NCBI GenBank assembly: GCA_964472595.1
Contig: CAYYLI010000001.1
Coordinates: 1-31,071, forward strand
DNA from: an uncultured Gammaproteobacteria bacterium
GTDB lineage: Bacteria; Patescibacteriota; Patescibacteriia; Patescibacteriales; UBA12465
Length of the DNA: 31,071 nt
Direction of reading: 5' to 3'
Below are positions 9,128-17,331 of this stretch, in pieces. Positions within the stretch are counted from its first letter, which is position 1. Each line of letters starts with the position of its first letter. The notes under the pieces are model-generated. The model searched no databases. It was not told the origin of the DNA and saw only the letters and a program-made list of their open reading frames with translations. The position numbers and the translations under genes were made by a program.

Positions 9128-9159
9128 AAAAAGAGGTTAATTTAATTTAGCCTCTTTTT
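9128..9159. terminator. Bidirectional terminator between DUF368 and rnj
   Basis: AAAAAGAGGTTAA / TTAGCCTCTTTTT with A/T runs on both sides. Confidence 0.7.
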
Positions 9160-9178
9160 TATTTTATTAAAATAAATA

Positions 9179-11152
9179 TTAAACCTTAATAACTACCGGA
9201 AGAACCATGGGGCGACGCTTGGTGGAAGTAAATAAGAATTGTCCAATTTCATTTCTAATCTTATTTTTTACATAGTCATCATCAGCTGGGGTTTTGGAAT
9301 TTTTATCCTTAGCGATAACCTTAACCTTAGCTCTCGTTTTTTCAATTAAGTCACGATTTTCCTTCATATAAATAAAACCACGAGAAATTAGATCCGGGCT
9401 ACCAATTAAATCACCAGTCTTAGAATCAATAGTAACAATAACCACAATCATACCATCTTCAGCCATAACTCGACGATCACGCAAGACTATACCGGAGACA
9501 TCGCCTACTCCCAAACCATCAACCATCACATAATCAGTTGGCACTTTTTCCTTGGTAAGCTCACCTAAAATTTCATATTTTTTCTCACCAATATTTTTCA
9601 TACCTTTTTTAAATGACACTACTTGACCATTATCAGCTACAAAAATATTTTCTTTAGGAATACCAATCTGCTCGGCTAATTCCGCGTGAGCTCGAAGCAT
9701 ATAATGGTTTGCTTCAATTGGCATAAAATATTGGGGTTTAACTAAGCGCATCATCAATTTCAAATCCTCAGCTTTAGCGTGTCCACCAGCATGAATGTCC
9801 ATCATTTTGTAATGAATAATTTTAGCTCCTTGACGCACTACAGCATCCATCAAGTTTTGGATACTACGTTCATTGCCAGGAATAACCGAAGAAGAGAAAA
9901 TAACGGTATCACCTTGCTTAATACGAACCACACGATGTTCGCCATTAACCACTCGAGATAAGAAAGCATTACTTTCACCCTGAGCTCCAGTACCAATAAT
10001 TATAATTTTATCATCTTTAACGCGAGACAAATCCTTATCTTCAATCAAAATTCTAGGATCAAATTTTAAATAACCAATTTTGTGAGCCACTTCTACGTTG
10101 TCATTCATACTACGACCCTGAAGTGAAACTCGACGACCATATTTTTTTGCTAAATCAAAAATCTTTTGCACACGACTAAGTTGAGAAGCAAAAGTTCCAA
10201 TAATAATTCGACCCTCAATCTTTTCAAACAATTTTCCCATTTCATCTCCAATAGCTGATTCTGAAATCTGATATCCAGGATGAGTGGCATCAGTTGAGTC
10301 AGACATTAAAAGCAAAATATTTTCTGCGCCTAATTGGGCGATGCGATTTAAGTCGGCTGGTTTATCATTAACTGGAGAAAAATCAATTTTAAAATCACCT
10401 GTATGAATAACTTTTCCTAAAGGCGTTTTGACAATAATTGCAAAACAATCGGGGATAGAATGATTAACTCTTAAAAATTCAACTTGAATATTATCAGAAA
10501 CTTTCACAGTATCTAATTCAGTAATTTCTTTAATTTTCAAAACTGGCGCTTTTTTAAATTCAGCAATTCTCTTTTGCACCAAACCAGCAGTCATTTTTCC
10601 CATAAACATTGGGGGGTTACCGATCTCTCCCATAATATGTGGAATACCACCAATATGGTCAAAATGTCCGTGAGTGATAAAGACGGCTTTCACCCAATCT
10701 TTTTTATCTTCCAAATAAGAGACATTAGGAATAATATAATCAATTCCTGGCATATCTTCTTCTGGAAACTGCAGGCCCATATCAATAATAATAATTTCTT
10801 TTTCATATTCTATTAGGGTCATGTTTCGTCCCACCTCCTCCAATCCGCCGAGAACCATAACGCGTAATTTCCCAATTGAGCTTTGGCTTTTAATTGTCAT
10901 TGGAGTTCTAGGGCTAGCAAAAGTAGAGCGACTTCTTGCGTTACTAGAATTATCAGGATTCACTGATCTGTTTAAAACATTACTTCCTCTAAAAGTAGTG
11001 CTAGTTCTGGAAGTATTATTTCTAAAATTACTTGCTCTATTATAATTTGTTTTACTTGTCGGAGCAGAAGAGCTAGAACTGCTTCTTCGACTCAACAAAG
11101 AATTCTCAGACTTATTTTGGTCCGAGGAATAATTTTTGTACCTAGTTATCAT
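9179..11152 (-). CDS. rnj: Ribonuclease J with ~94-aa low-complexity N-terminal extension
   Basis: LGGLEEVGRNM, THGHFDHIGG, HTGDFKID, IHAGGHA, RRPMVLPV. Confidence 0.96.
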   Translation of the reverse strand: MITRYKNYSSDQNKSENSLLSRRSSSSSSAPTSKTNYNRASNFRNNTSRTSTTFRGSNVLNRSVNPDNSSNARSRSTFASPRTPMTIKSQSSIGKLRVMVLGGLEEVGRNMTLIEYEKEIIIIDMGLQFPEEDMPGIDYIIPNVSYLEDKKDWVKAVFITHGHFDHIGGIPHIMGEIGNPPMFMGKMTAGLVQKRIAEFKKAPVLKIKEITELDTVKVSDNIQVEFLRVNHSIPDCFAIIVKTPLGKVIHTGDFKIDFSPVNDKPADLNRIAQLGAENILLLMSDSTDATHPGYQISESAIGDEMGKLFEKIEGRIIIGTFASQLSRVQKIFDLAKKYGRRVSLQGRSMNDNVEVAHKIGYLKFDPRILIEDKDLSRVKDDKIIIIGTGAQGESNAFLSRVVNGEHRVVRIKQGDTVIFSSSVIPGNERSIQNLMDAVVRQGAKIIHYKMMDIHAGGHAKAEDLKLMMRLVKPQYFMPIEANHYMLRAHAELAEQIGIPKENIFVADNGQVVSFKKGMKNIGEKKYEILGELTKEKVPTDYVMVDGLGVGDVSGIVLRDRRVMAEDGMIVVIVTIDSKTGDLIGSPDLISRGFIYMKENRDLIEKTRAKVKVIAKDKNSKTPADDDYVKNKIRNEIGQFLFTSTKRRPMVLPVVIKV

Positions 11153-11194
11153 ATTTAATTTTTTTTAAAAGTTAAGGAAATTTTTATCTTCCAC

Positions 11195-13294
11195 TTAACG
11201 AAGTTTTAATTTTTTATTAGTTTTTATATACCAATGAGAAATATTATTGAAACGATCGGCTGGATTTAAGATACTATTGAAATCAAAGCCTTTTATTTTT
11301 TTATTCTGCACATAAGTATAACTGGGATAGTATAAAAAGATATTAGGATAATCTTTATATAATAATTCCTGAAATTTTTTGTATTTGGCAACACGATCAT
11401 CTTGGCTCAAAGAAAGTCTTGCTTCTTCCAATAATTTATCAACGTCTTTATTTTTATACTCTGAAATATTTAAACCACTATTTGAAATTTGAGATGAATG
11501 CCAAAATGCATAATTATCCTGATCACCACCTAAAACTTGGCTCAAAAGCAACGCTTGAAAATCTTTTTTGGCTACAATATCAGATTGAATTTGAGCTGGA
11601 GTAATTGTTTTAATAGTAGTTCGAACTCCTATTTTCTCCCAAGACAATTTAATAAAGTCAGCTACCAAGATATTATCTGTTAAATCAACGGTTGTTAATT
11701 CAATTGCTAAATAATCATACTTTTTACTAGCGTCACTTGATTTTTTAAAGCGCCACAAACCAGTCAAATTATCGGCTTCAGAATTATATCTTTCTAAAAT
11801 ATTTTTCTTAACTTCAATATTAGGAATATCTTTTATAACTTGATTCTTTTCTTCTATTTTAGAATTTATTTCATTTAAATCAGTTCCCGCTTCAGATAAT
11901 TCCTTTTTTTGATTTTCCAAATTTTGCCAATCCTTAATAACTGAAATTTCTTCAGCCTTAAACTCAATTAAAGACCAAGCTGCTTCATTTAAATAATTAT
12001 TAGCTTCATCATAATTATATAAAACCTTTTCAATTTCATCGTTATATGAAGGGCTGTTTGGCAAAATAGGGCTATCAGCTACTGAAGCATTACCAGAAAA
12101 AATTTCATCACAAATTTTATTCTTATCGATGGCTTTAGCTAAAGCTTGGCGCAAGGCCTTATTAGCTAAAACTGAATTTTTCTTTTGATTAAAGAAAATA
12201 GAAGAAATTTGTGGTAAATTTAAGCGATTAAAATTCAGAGAGCTTTTAGAAACCACGTCGGAACGTAAACTATAGGGCAAATAGCTAATCCCGTTAATTT
12301 GATTATTATTTAAAGCCGAAATCAATTCATTATAATTGCTATAAAACTTTAAAATAATTTTTTCAATATAAGGCGCTTGCTCATAATAATCTTCGTTGGC
12401 TACTAAAATAAATTCTTTAATATCTCCCGACTTGGTTTTAGTTAAAGATTTAAATTTGTAAGGGCCAGAACCAATTGGCTTGATATTAAGTTCATGTAAA
12501 AAAGCATTGGAAGGAGCTACATCTAGCCACAAATTTTGTGGCAAAATTCCAAAAGTCAAAACATCCAAAAAAGAAGAATAAGATTCTTTTAAAATAATCT
12601 TAAAAGAATATTCATCGTCAATTTGAATTGAGGCTCCCACCAAAGATGATCTTAGTGGTGAACCATATTCAGAGTTTTTTATAGACTCAATAGTAAAAAC
12701 AATATCAGCTGAAGTCAGCTGTTCGCCATTATGCCACTTAACATTATTTTTAATCTTGAAGCTATACTCCAAACCATTATCACTAATAGAATACTCCTCT
12801 ACTAAATCGTTGACAACATTGCCGCTAGCATCTCTCTTGAATAAAGAAGAAAAAATCAAACGACTAATATCAGAGTCTACATCGCGCGCTGAATCATATA
12901 AGGGATTAATATTCTTAGGAGCGCCTAATAGACCCTCAGCATATTCTCCACCTTTTTGCGGATAGATAATAATATTTCTTTTATAAAAACCCACCAACCA
13001 AATAATTCCAGCGACAGCAATAACTAATAATAAAATATTTAAAATTATTTTTTCTTTAACACTAAGAACTTTTTTAGCATGCTTTATCTGACTAATATTT
13101 GGAATTTTTTTAGGTGACAGGGAATATAATAATTTTTTATCCAAACCATCATAATCATAACCAACGCTGCTTTCGGTCTCATCATTTTTTTTCTTTTTTT
13201 TCCAAAACAAAAAAGAAAAAGATAGAGGCTGGCCCTGCTTCTTTTTCTTAAAAACAAAACTTTTTTGTTTTTTAGATGAGTTCATCAGATTCAC
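11195..13294 (-). CDS. Family-5 (peptide/nickel) ABC substrate-binding protein with N-terminal TM anchor; start may be GTG 13294 or ATG 13285
   Basis: GGEYAEG..G.PKNINP, KWHNGEQLTSADIVFT, PIGSGPYKF, LRQALAKAID, LLEEAR...YKKFQELL..DYP.IFLY. Confidence 0.88.
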   Translation of the reverse strand: MNLMNSSKKQKSFVFKKKKQGQPLSFSFLFWKKKKKNDETESSVGYDYDGLDKKLLYSLSPKKIPNISQIKHAKKVLSVKEKIILNILLLVIAVAGIIWLVGFYKRNIIIYPQKGGEYAEGLLGAPKNINPLYDSARDVDSDISRLIFSSLFKRDASGNVVNDLVEEYSISDNGLEYSFKIKNNVKWHNGEQLTSADIVFTIESIKNSEYGSPLRSSLVGASIQIDDEYSFKIILKESYSSFLDVLTFGILPQNLWLDVAPSNAFLHELNIKPIGSGPYKFKSLTKTKSGDIKEFILVANEDYYEQAPYIEKIILKFYSNYNELISALNNNQINGISYLPYSLRSDVVSKSSLNFNRLNLPQISSIFFNQKKNSVLANKALRQALAKAIDKNKICDEIFSGNASVADSPILPNSPSYNDEIEKVLYNYDEANNYLNEAAWSLIEFKAEEISVIKDWQNLENQKKELSEAGTDLNEINSKIEEKNQVIKDIPNIEVKKNILERYNSEADNLTGLWRFKKSSDASKKYDYLAIELTTVDLTDNILVADFIKLSWEKIGVRTTIKTITPAQIQSDIVAKKDFQALLLSQVLGGDQDNYAFWHSSQISNSGLNISEYKNKDVDKLLEEARLSLSQDDRVAKYKKFQELLYKDYPNIFLYYPSYTYVQNKKIKGFDFNSILNPADRFNNISHWYIKTNKKLKLR

Positions 13295-13315
13295 AATTCT
13301 CTTTTAAGTTTATTA

Positions 13316-13528
13316 TTATAGTAAAATTGAACCTAGAGAGATGGCGAAAAATAATACCGCCAAAATAATAGTTGCAATAAAAAGCTTCTTCTCAATACCT
13401 CTCTTGGTCAAGAAAACAGCATTATTACCACCGAAAACACCACCCAAAGCGGCTCCTTTGTTTTGAAGTAAAATAACAACAATTAACAACACTGATATCA
13501 CGATTTGAATTATTTTTAATTCGTTCAT
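13316..13528 (-). CDS. secG: Preprotein translocase subunit SecG
   Basis: VILLQNKGAALGGVFGG...TKRGIEKKL; two TM helices. Confidence 0.93.
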   Translation of the reverse strand: MNELKIIQIVISVLLIVVILLQNKGAALGGVFGGNNAVFLTKRGIEKKLFIATIILAVLFFAISLGSILL

Positions 13529-13539
13529 AATCCTAAAAA

Positions 13540-13890
13540 TTATTTATTACTTACCTTTTCTACGATATTAGCTAAAACTTTTTTATTATTAACAGCTAAG
13601 TCAGCTAAAATTTTACGATCAATTTCAATTTTGTTAGCTTTCAAAGACCCCATGAATTTAGAATAAGAAAGTCCATGCTCTCTAACAAAAGCATTGATTT
13701 TTATTTGCCACAAACCACGATTAACTCTTTTTTTCTTACGACGGTCAACAAAAGCGTGAGCTCCGGCTTTGGTTTGAGCAGTAGTAGCTAGTTTAATAAG
13801 TTTTTTTCGGCCCCATTGAAAACCCTTAACCTTTTTTAAAAGATTGCGACGTCTCTTGACATGTGTGGTACCTCTTTTCACTCTTGGCAT
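13540..13890 (-). CDS. rplT: 50S ribosomal protein L20
   Basis: MPRVKRG...RGLWQIKINA...LSYSKF...IDRKILADLAV. Confidence 0.98.
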   Translation of the reverse strand: MPRVKRGTTHVKRRRNLLKKVKGFQWGRKKLIKLATTAQTKAGAHAFVDRRKKKRVNRGLWQIKINAFVREHGLSYSKFMGSLKANKIEIDRKILADLAVNNKKVLANIVEKVSNK

Positions 13891-13916
13891 ATATTTCTTG
13901 CAAAATTAATAATAAA

Positions 13917-14114
13917 TTAGTTGTAAGGGGTTAAAATTTTTACTGTCTTAACCAAAGTTTTGGTCAATTTTAAATCCCTGCGCTTCTTTCTAGTGGTGTT
14001 GCCAGATTCTCCTGAATTGAAATGGCCTTGTCCACCTTTACGATGCATTACTTTGTCTTTGGCTGTTCTAGTAAATCTCTTACTAGTAGCCTTGTGTGTC
14101 TTAATTTTCGGCAT
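13917..14114 (-). CDS. rpmI: 50S ribosomal protein L35
   Basis: MPKIKTHKATSKRF; position between infC and rplT. Confidence 0.95.
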   Translation of the reverse strand: MPKIKTHKATSKRFTRTAKDKVMHRKGGQGHFNSGESGNTTRKKRRDLKLTKTLVKTVKILTPYN

Positions 14115-14133
14115 ATGAATAAATATAAAAGCT

Positions 14134-14156
14134 AAAAAAACAGGTAATCAAACCTG
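14134..14156 (-). terminator. Weak terminator-like hairpin between infC and rpmI
   Basis: Minus strand CAGGT-TTGATT-ACCTG followed by T7. Confidence 0.45.
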
Positions 14157-14169
14157 ATTTTAACTAATC

Positions 14170-14733
14170 TTACTTTTTATTAGTTAATATCATAGTATAG
14201 CCTCCTGGCATTCTTGTCAAGGGCTGTTCTTCAAATAATTGAATTTCCGGCTTATTTCTTAGGTTTTGGGAAAATTCCTCCATAACTTCACGAGCTTTTT
14301 CAAAATGCTGTCTCTCTCTACCTCGCAAAACCATATCAACCTTAATCTTATTACTTTTTAACAAAAACTTGTAGGCCTGTTCAGCTCTGATATTTAAATC
14401 ATGCGCCCCGATACGAAGAGATAGGCGAATGCTCTTAGTTTCAACCTTTTTTTGTAAAACTTTCTGCTTATGTTGTTTTTTCTCTTGTTCGTATTTAAAC
14501 TGACCTAAATCTAAAATTTTAGCTACTGGAATATCAGCTTTAGGGTTGACCTCCACCAAATCTAATTCAGCTTCTCTAGCCATTTCCAAAGCTTGAGCAG
14601 TATCAATTACCCCAACATTTTCCCCTTCTTCATTAATCAAAAAAACCTTCTCAGCTAGAATCTTTTCATTAACATTAAATTGTTTCTCGCTCTTGGTTTT
14701 ATCAACCTTGGGAAATCTAAACTTTCTTCTCAT
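14170..14733 (-). CDS. infC: Translation initiation factor IF-3
   Basis: VNEKI...LDLVEVNP..D.PVAKILDLGQFKYE...IGAHDL..R..RGRE. Confidence 0.96.
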   Translation of the reverse strand: MRRKFRFPKVDKTKSEKQFNVNEKILAEKVFLINEEGENVGVIDTAQALEMAREAELDLVEVNPKADIPVAKILDLGQFKYEQEKKQHKQKVLQKKVETKSIRLSLRIGAHDLNIRAEQAYKFLLKSNKIKVDMVLRGRERQHFEKAREVMEEFSQNLRNKPEIQLFEEQPLTRMPGGYTMILTNKK

Positions 14734-14770
14734 TTTTTAAAAAATTAATTTTAATTACTTAAGCTAAAAT

Positions 14771-14845
14771 TGGAGCGGGTAACGGGAATTGAACCCGTCT
14801 CTCGACCTTGGCAAGGTCGCATAATAGCCACTATACGATACCCGC
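14771..14845 (-). tRNA. tRNA-Gly (GCC), CCA encoded
   Basis: GCGGGTA...CGACC-TT-GCC-AA-GGTCG...GGTTCAATTCCC...TACCCGC-T-CCA cloverleaf. Confidence 0.97.
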
Positions 14846-14850
14846 AAGTG

Positions 14851-14934
14851 TGCCGCGAGGGAGAATCGAACTCCCACGATATCGCTATCACTGGATTTTA
14901 AGTCCAGCGCGTCTACCAGTTCCGCCATCGCGGC
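14851..14934 (-). tRNA. tRNA-Leu (TAA), long variable arm, CCA not encoded
   Basis: GCCGCGA...CTGGA-CT-TAA-AA-TCCAG...GAGTTCGATTCTC...TCGCGGC-A. Confidence 0.96.
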
Positions 14935-14946
14935 ATAAAATTTAAG

Positions 14947-15328
14947 TGGAGATGACGGGAATTGAACCCGTGTCTAACAAGTTTTTTTAAATACTTTTAC
15001 AAAATTAGCTTGATTAAAGTTTAATCATTATTTTAAAAATCAAGCGAAATAAAATAATGACGATTTACCTAATCTTTTGGTTTATTAGGGGTAACGCCCA
15101 AAAAACCTATCCCTATAAATAACACCGGTTAACGGTTATAAGGAGTCACCGGACCGATGGCCGCCGCTATTTATTAAGCAGCAACAGATGCGAAAGCTGG
15201 GACTTTCCATGAGAAAGCAGCTTTAGCAATAGTGTTTTTTACACTTATGTTTTGAATGTTTTTAGGTAGACATTCTCTACCTTTTGCATATTTAAAAAGA
15301 GTCTCATTATCGAAGCCAAGTCATCCCC
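14947..15328 (-). ncRNA. ssrA: tmRNA; tag reading frame 15242-15174 = (A)VKNTIAKAAFSWKVPAFASVAA**
   Basis: 5' GGGGATGACTTGGCTTCGA, 3' T-arm GACACGGGTTCAATTCCCG-TCATCTCC-A forming an Ala-type acceptor stem with G3:U; ATAAGT before resume codon; Ala-Ala-stop-stop end; directly after smpB. Confidence 0.93.
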
Positions 15329-15336
15329 TATTAAAC

Positions 15337-15816
15337 TTACTTAAAAGCTTCCTTAATTTTCTTCTTCATGATTGTTTTAATGTACTTGTCAGTGTCCTTT
15401 TTTTTCAAATCCTCCCTTTTATCAAAGGCCTTTTTACCCTTAACTAAAGCCACCTCCAGCTTAATAAAACTGTTCTTAGTATATAACTTAATAGGAATAA
15501 CTGTCAAGCCCTTTTCTTGTTTTTTGCCTACTAAATAATCCAGCTCTTTTTTTCTCAACAAAATCTGTCGTGGTCGTTCTGGATTATATTCTTCTTTCTT
15601 GCCAGCCGGTTTATATAAAGGAACATAAGAAGAAATTAGATAAGCTTCATTATTATTATTTTTATTAGTTTTAAAAGAAATATATGAACCTTTTAAATTA
15701 GCCTGTCCGGCACGAATTGTTTTTACCTCGTAGCCAAACAAAACCAGGCCAGCTTCATAAGTTTCTAAAATCTGGTAATCAAAAGTTGCTTTTTTATTTA
15801 AAGCTAATATTTTCAT
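15337..15816 (-). CDS. smpB: SsrA-binding protein SmpB
   Basis: NKKATFDYQILETYEAGLVLFGYEVKTIR...RQILL.KKE...GKKAFDKRE. Confidence 0.97.
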   Translation of the reverse strand: MKILALNKKATFDYQILETYEAGLVLFGYEVKTIRAGQANLKGSYISFKTNKNNNNEAYLISSYVPLYKPAGKKEEYNPERPRQILLRKKELDYLVGKKQEKGLTVIPIKLYTKNSFIKLEVALVKGKKAFDKREDLKKKDTDKYIKTIMKKKIKEAFK

Positions 15817-15846
15817 AAAATTATCCAGATCAAAAAAATTAATAAA

Positions 15847-17139
15847 TTACTTTTCGCTTGAATTCCATTTTTTCAAATTTTCTACAATTTCTTGATTCAA
15901 GAAAAAATTACTAACATAAGAACGATAACCTGGACTACTAATACTTTTTACAGCTTCAGCATCTTGAGCATAACGATTTTTTAAAGCTTCAATTTCTTTA
16001 TCAATTTTAGTTTCATCTGCTTTAATATTTTCCAGTTTAGCAATTTCCTTGAAAATTAAGGCGCTTTTTACTCTTTTTACAGCTGTTGGCATCATTTCTA
16101 ACATTAATTGATCATAATTTTTACCAACACTCTTTAAATAATCTTCAAAACGTCCGCCCTGAGAAACAACATTTTGCTCAATCTCTCGCATCATTATTTC
16201 GGATTCGTTTTTAATTAAATTTTCTGCAATATCACCAAATTTAGAGTTGTCAATAATCTTATCAATAATTTGAACTTCCAATTTTTGATCAGCTTCTTTT
16301 TGTTTTTGATCAGAAATAGTTTTGTTTAAATTTTCCTTTAAATCACTTACATTATTGAATCTAAACATTTTAGCCAAGTCATCATCAATAGCTGGAATTT
16401 CTCTATTATACACTTCTTTAATTTCTATTTTAAATTCAACTTTTTTGCCAGCTAAATTCTTTTGAAAATGCTCTGCTGGATAAACAATACTAAAATCTTT
16501 TGTCTCACCTTTTTTTAAGCCAATTAAATTTTTATCAAAACCATCAACAAAGTAATTTTTTCCAATAATAACTGTCACTTCTGGATTTTGCCCATCTTCT
16601 ACTGGCACCTTATCCAAGAATAAATTGACTGATGTAATTACCTTGTCACCATCTTTTACAGCCTCTTTGGAAATGCTTTCTTTAGCTCGCATTTCTAATA
16701 AATCATTAATAACTTTTTCTACTTCAGCTTCTTCTACTTTTACTTTCTCATTCTTAAAAGCAAAATCTTTGTAAGCACCAAGTTTTATCTCTGGCAAAAC
16801 ATTAACTTTAATTTTGTATTCCATCGGATTACCTGGAGCCAACTTGGCAATATCAACCTCTGGTTGGCCAACAATTTCTTTGTCTGTAATATTTTCATCA
16901 ATAACTGAAAAAATTTGTTTATTAATTAATAAACGAGAAGCTTCTTCTAAAATAGCCATCTCACCAATTTTTTGCTTTAGTACATCAGCTGGAACTTTTC
17001 CTGGACGGAATCCTTCAATCTTGATCTCCTTAGATAATGATTCAGCTCCCTTAGAAATATATGGAGCTAATTCCTCCACTGAAACTTCAACTAATAATTC
17101 GATTTGTGATTTTTCTAAATCTTTTCTTGTTACTTTCAT
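15847..17139 (-). CDS. tig: Trigger factor
   Basis: GFRPGKVP ribosome-binding signature, FKBP-like middle domain, SurA-like C-domain. Confidence 0.96.
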   Translation of the reverse strand: MKVTRKDLEKSQIELLVEVSVEELAPYISKGAESLSKEIKIEGFRPGKVPADVLKQKIGEMAILEEASRLLINKQIFSVIDENITDKEIVGQPEVDIAKLAPGNPMEYKIKVNVLPEIKLGAYKDFAFKNEKVKVEEAEVEKVINDLLEMRAKESISKEAVKDGDKVITSVNLFLDKVPVEDGQNPEVTVIIGKNYFVDGFDKNLIGLKKGETKDFSIVYPAEHFQKNLAGKKVEFKIEIKEVYNREIPAIDDDLAKMFRFNNVSDLKENLNKTISDQKQKEADQKLEVQIIDKIIDNSKFGDIAENLIKNESEIMMREIEQNVVSQGGRFEDYLKSVGKNYDQLMLEMMPTAVKRVKSALIFKEIAKLENIKADETKIDKEIEALKNRYAQDAEAVKSISSPGYRSYVSNFFLNQEIVENLKKWNSSEK

Positions 17140-17198
17140 ATTTTACTGTTAATAATAAATTAAATACAAAATTATCCTTATAATTTAAAGATAATTCT

Positions 17199-17277
17199 AT
17201 TATATCAGACTTTTTAAAAATAAAAAACCTAAATACTTTAGCTTAAAGATATTAATTTAAAGACTAAGATAAGTCAA
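17199..17277 (-). promoter_or_regulatory. Tandem promoters for the tig-smpB-ssrA run
   Basis: TTGACT (17277-17272)-17-TAATAT (17254-17249); extended -10 TGA-TATAAT (17207-17199). Confidence 0.5.
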
Positions 17278-17281
17278 GAAA

Positions 17282-17310
17282 AAAGATAGGGGATATTATC
17301 CCCTATCTTT
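17282..17310 (-). terminator. Terminator after hppA
   Basis: 13-bp stem AAAGATAGGGGAT-ATT-ATCCCCTATCTTT with T-run on the minus strand. Confidence 0.8.
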
Positions 17311-17331
17311 ATAATATCTCACCTATTTTCC

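Noticed and set aside
9779-12965. Short + strand ORFs opposite rnj and the SBP gene
   Set aside because: Antisense shadows with no recognizable features or expression signals.
14771-15328. tRNA/tmRNA as integration sites for an island or prophage
   Set aside because: No integrase, no duplicated 3' ends, and flanks are core genes.
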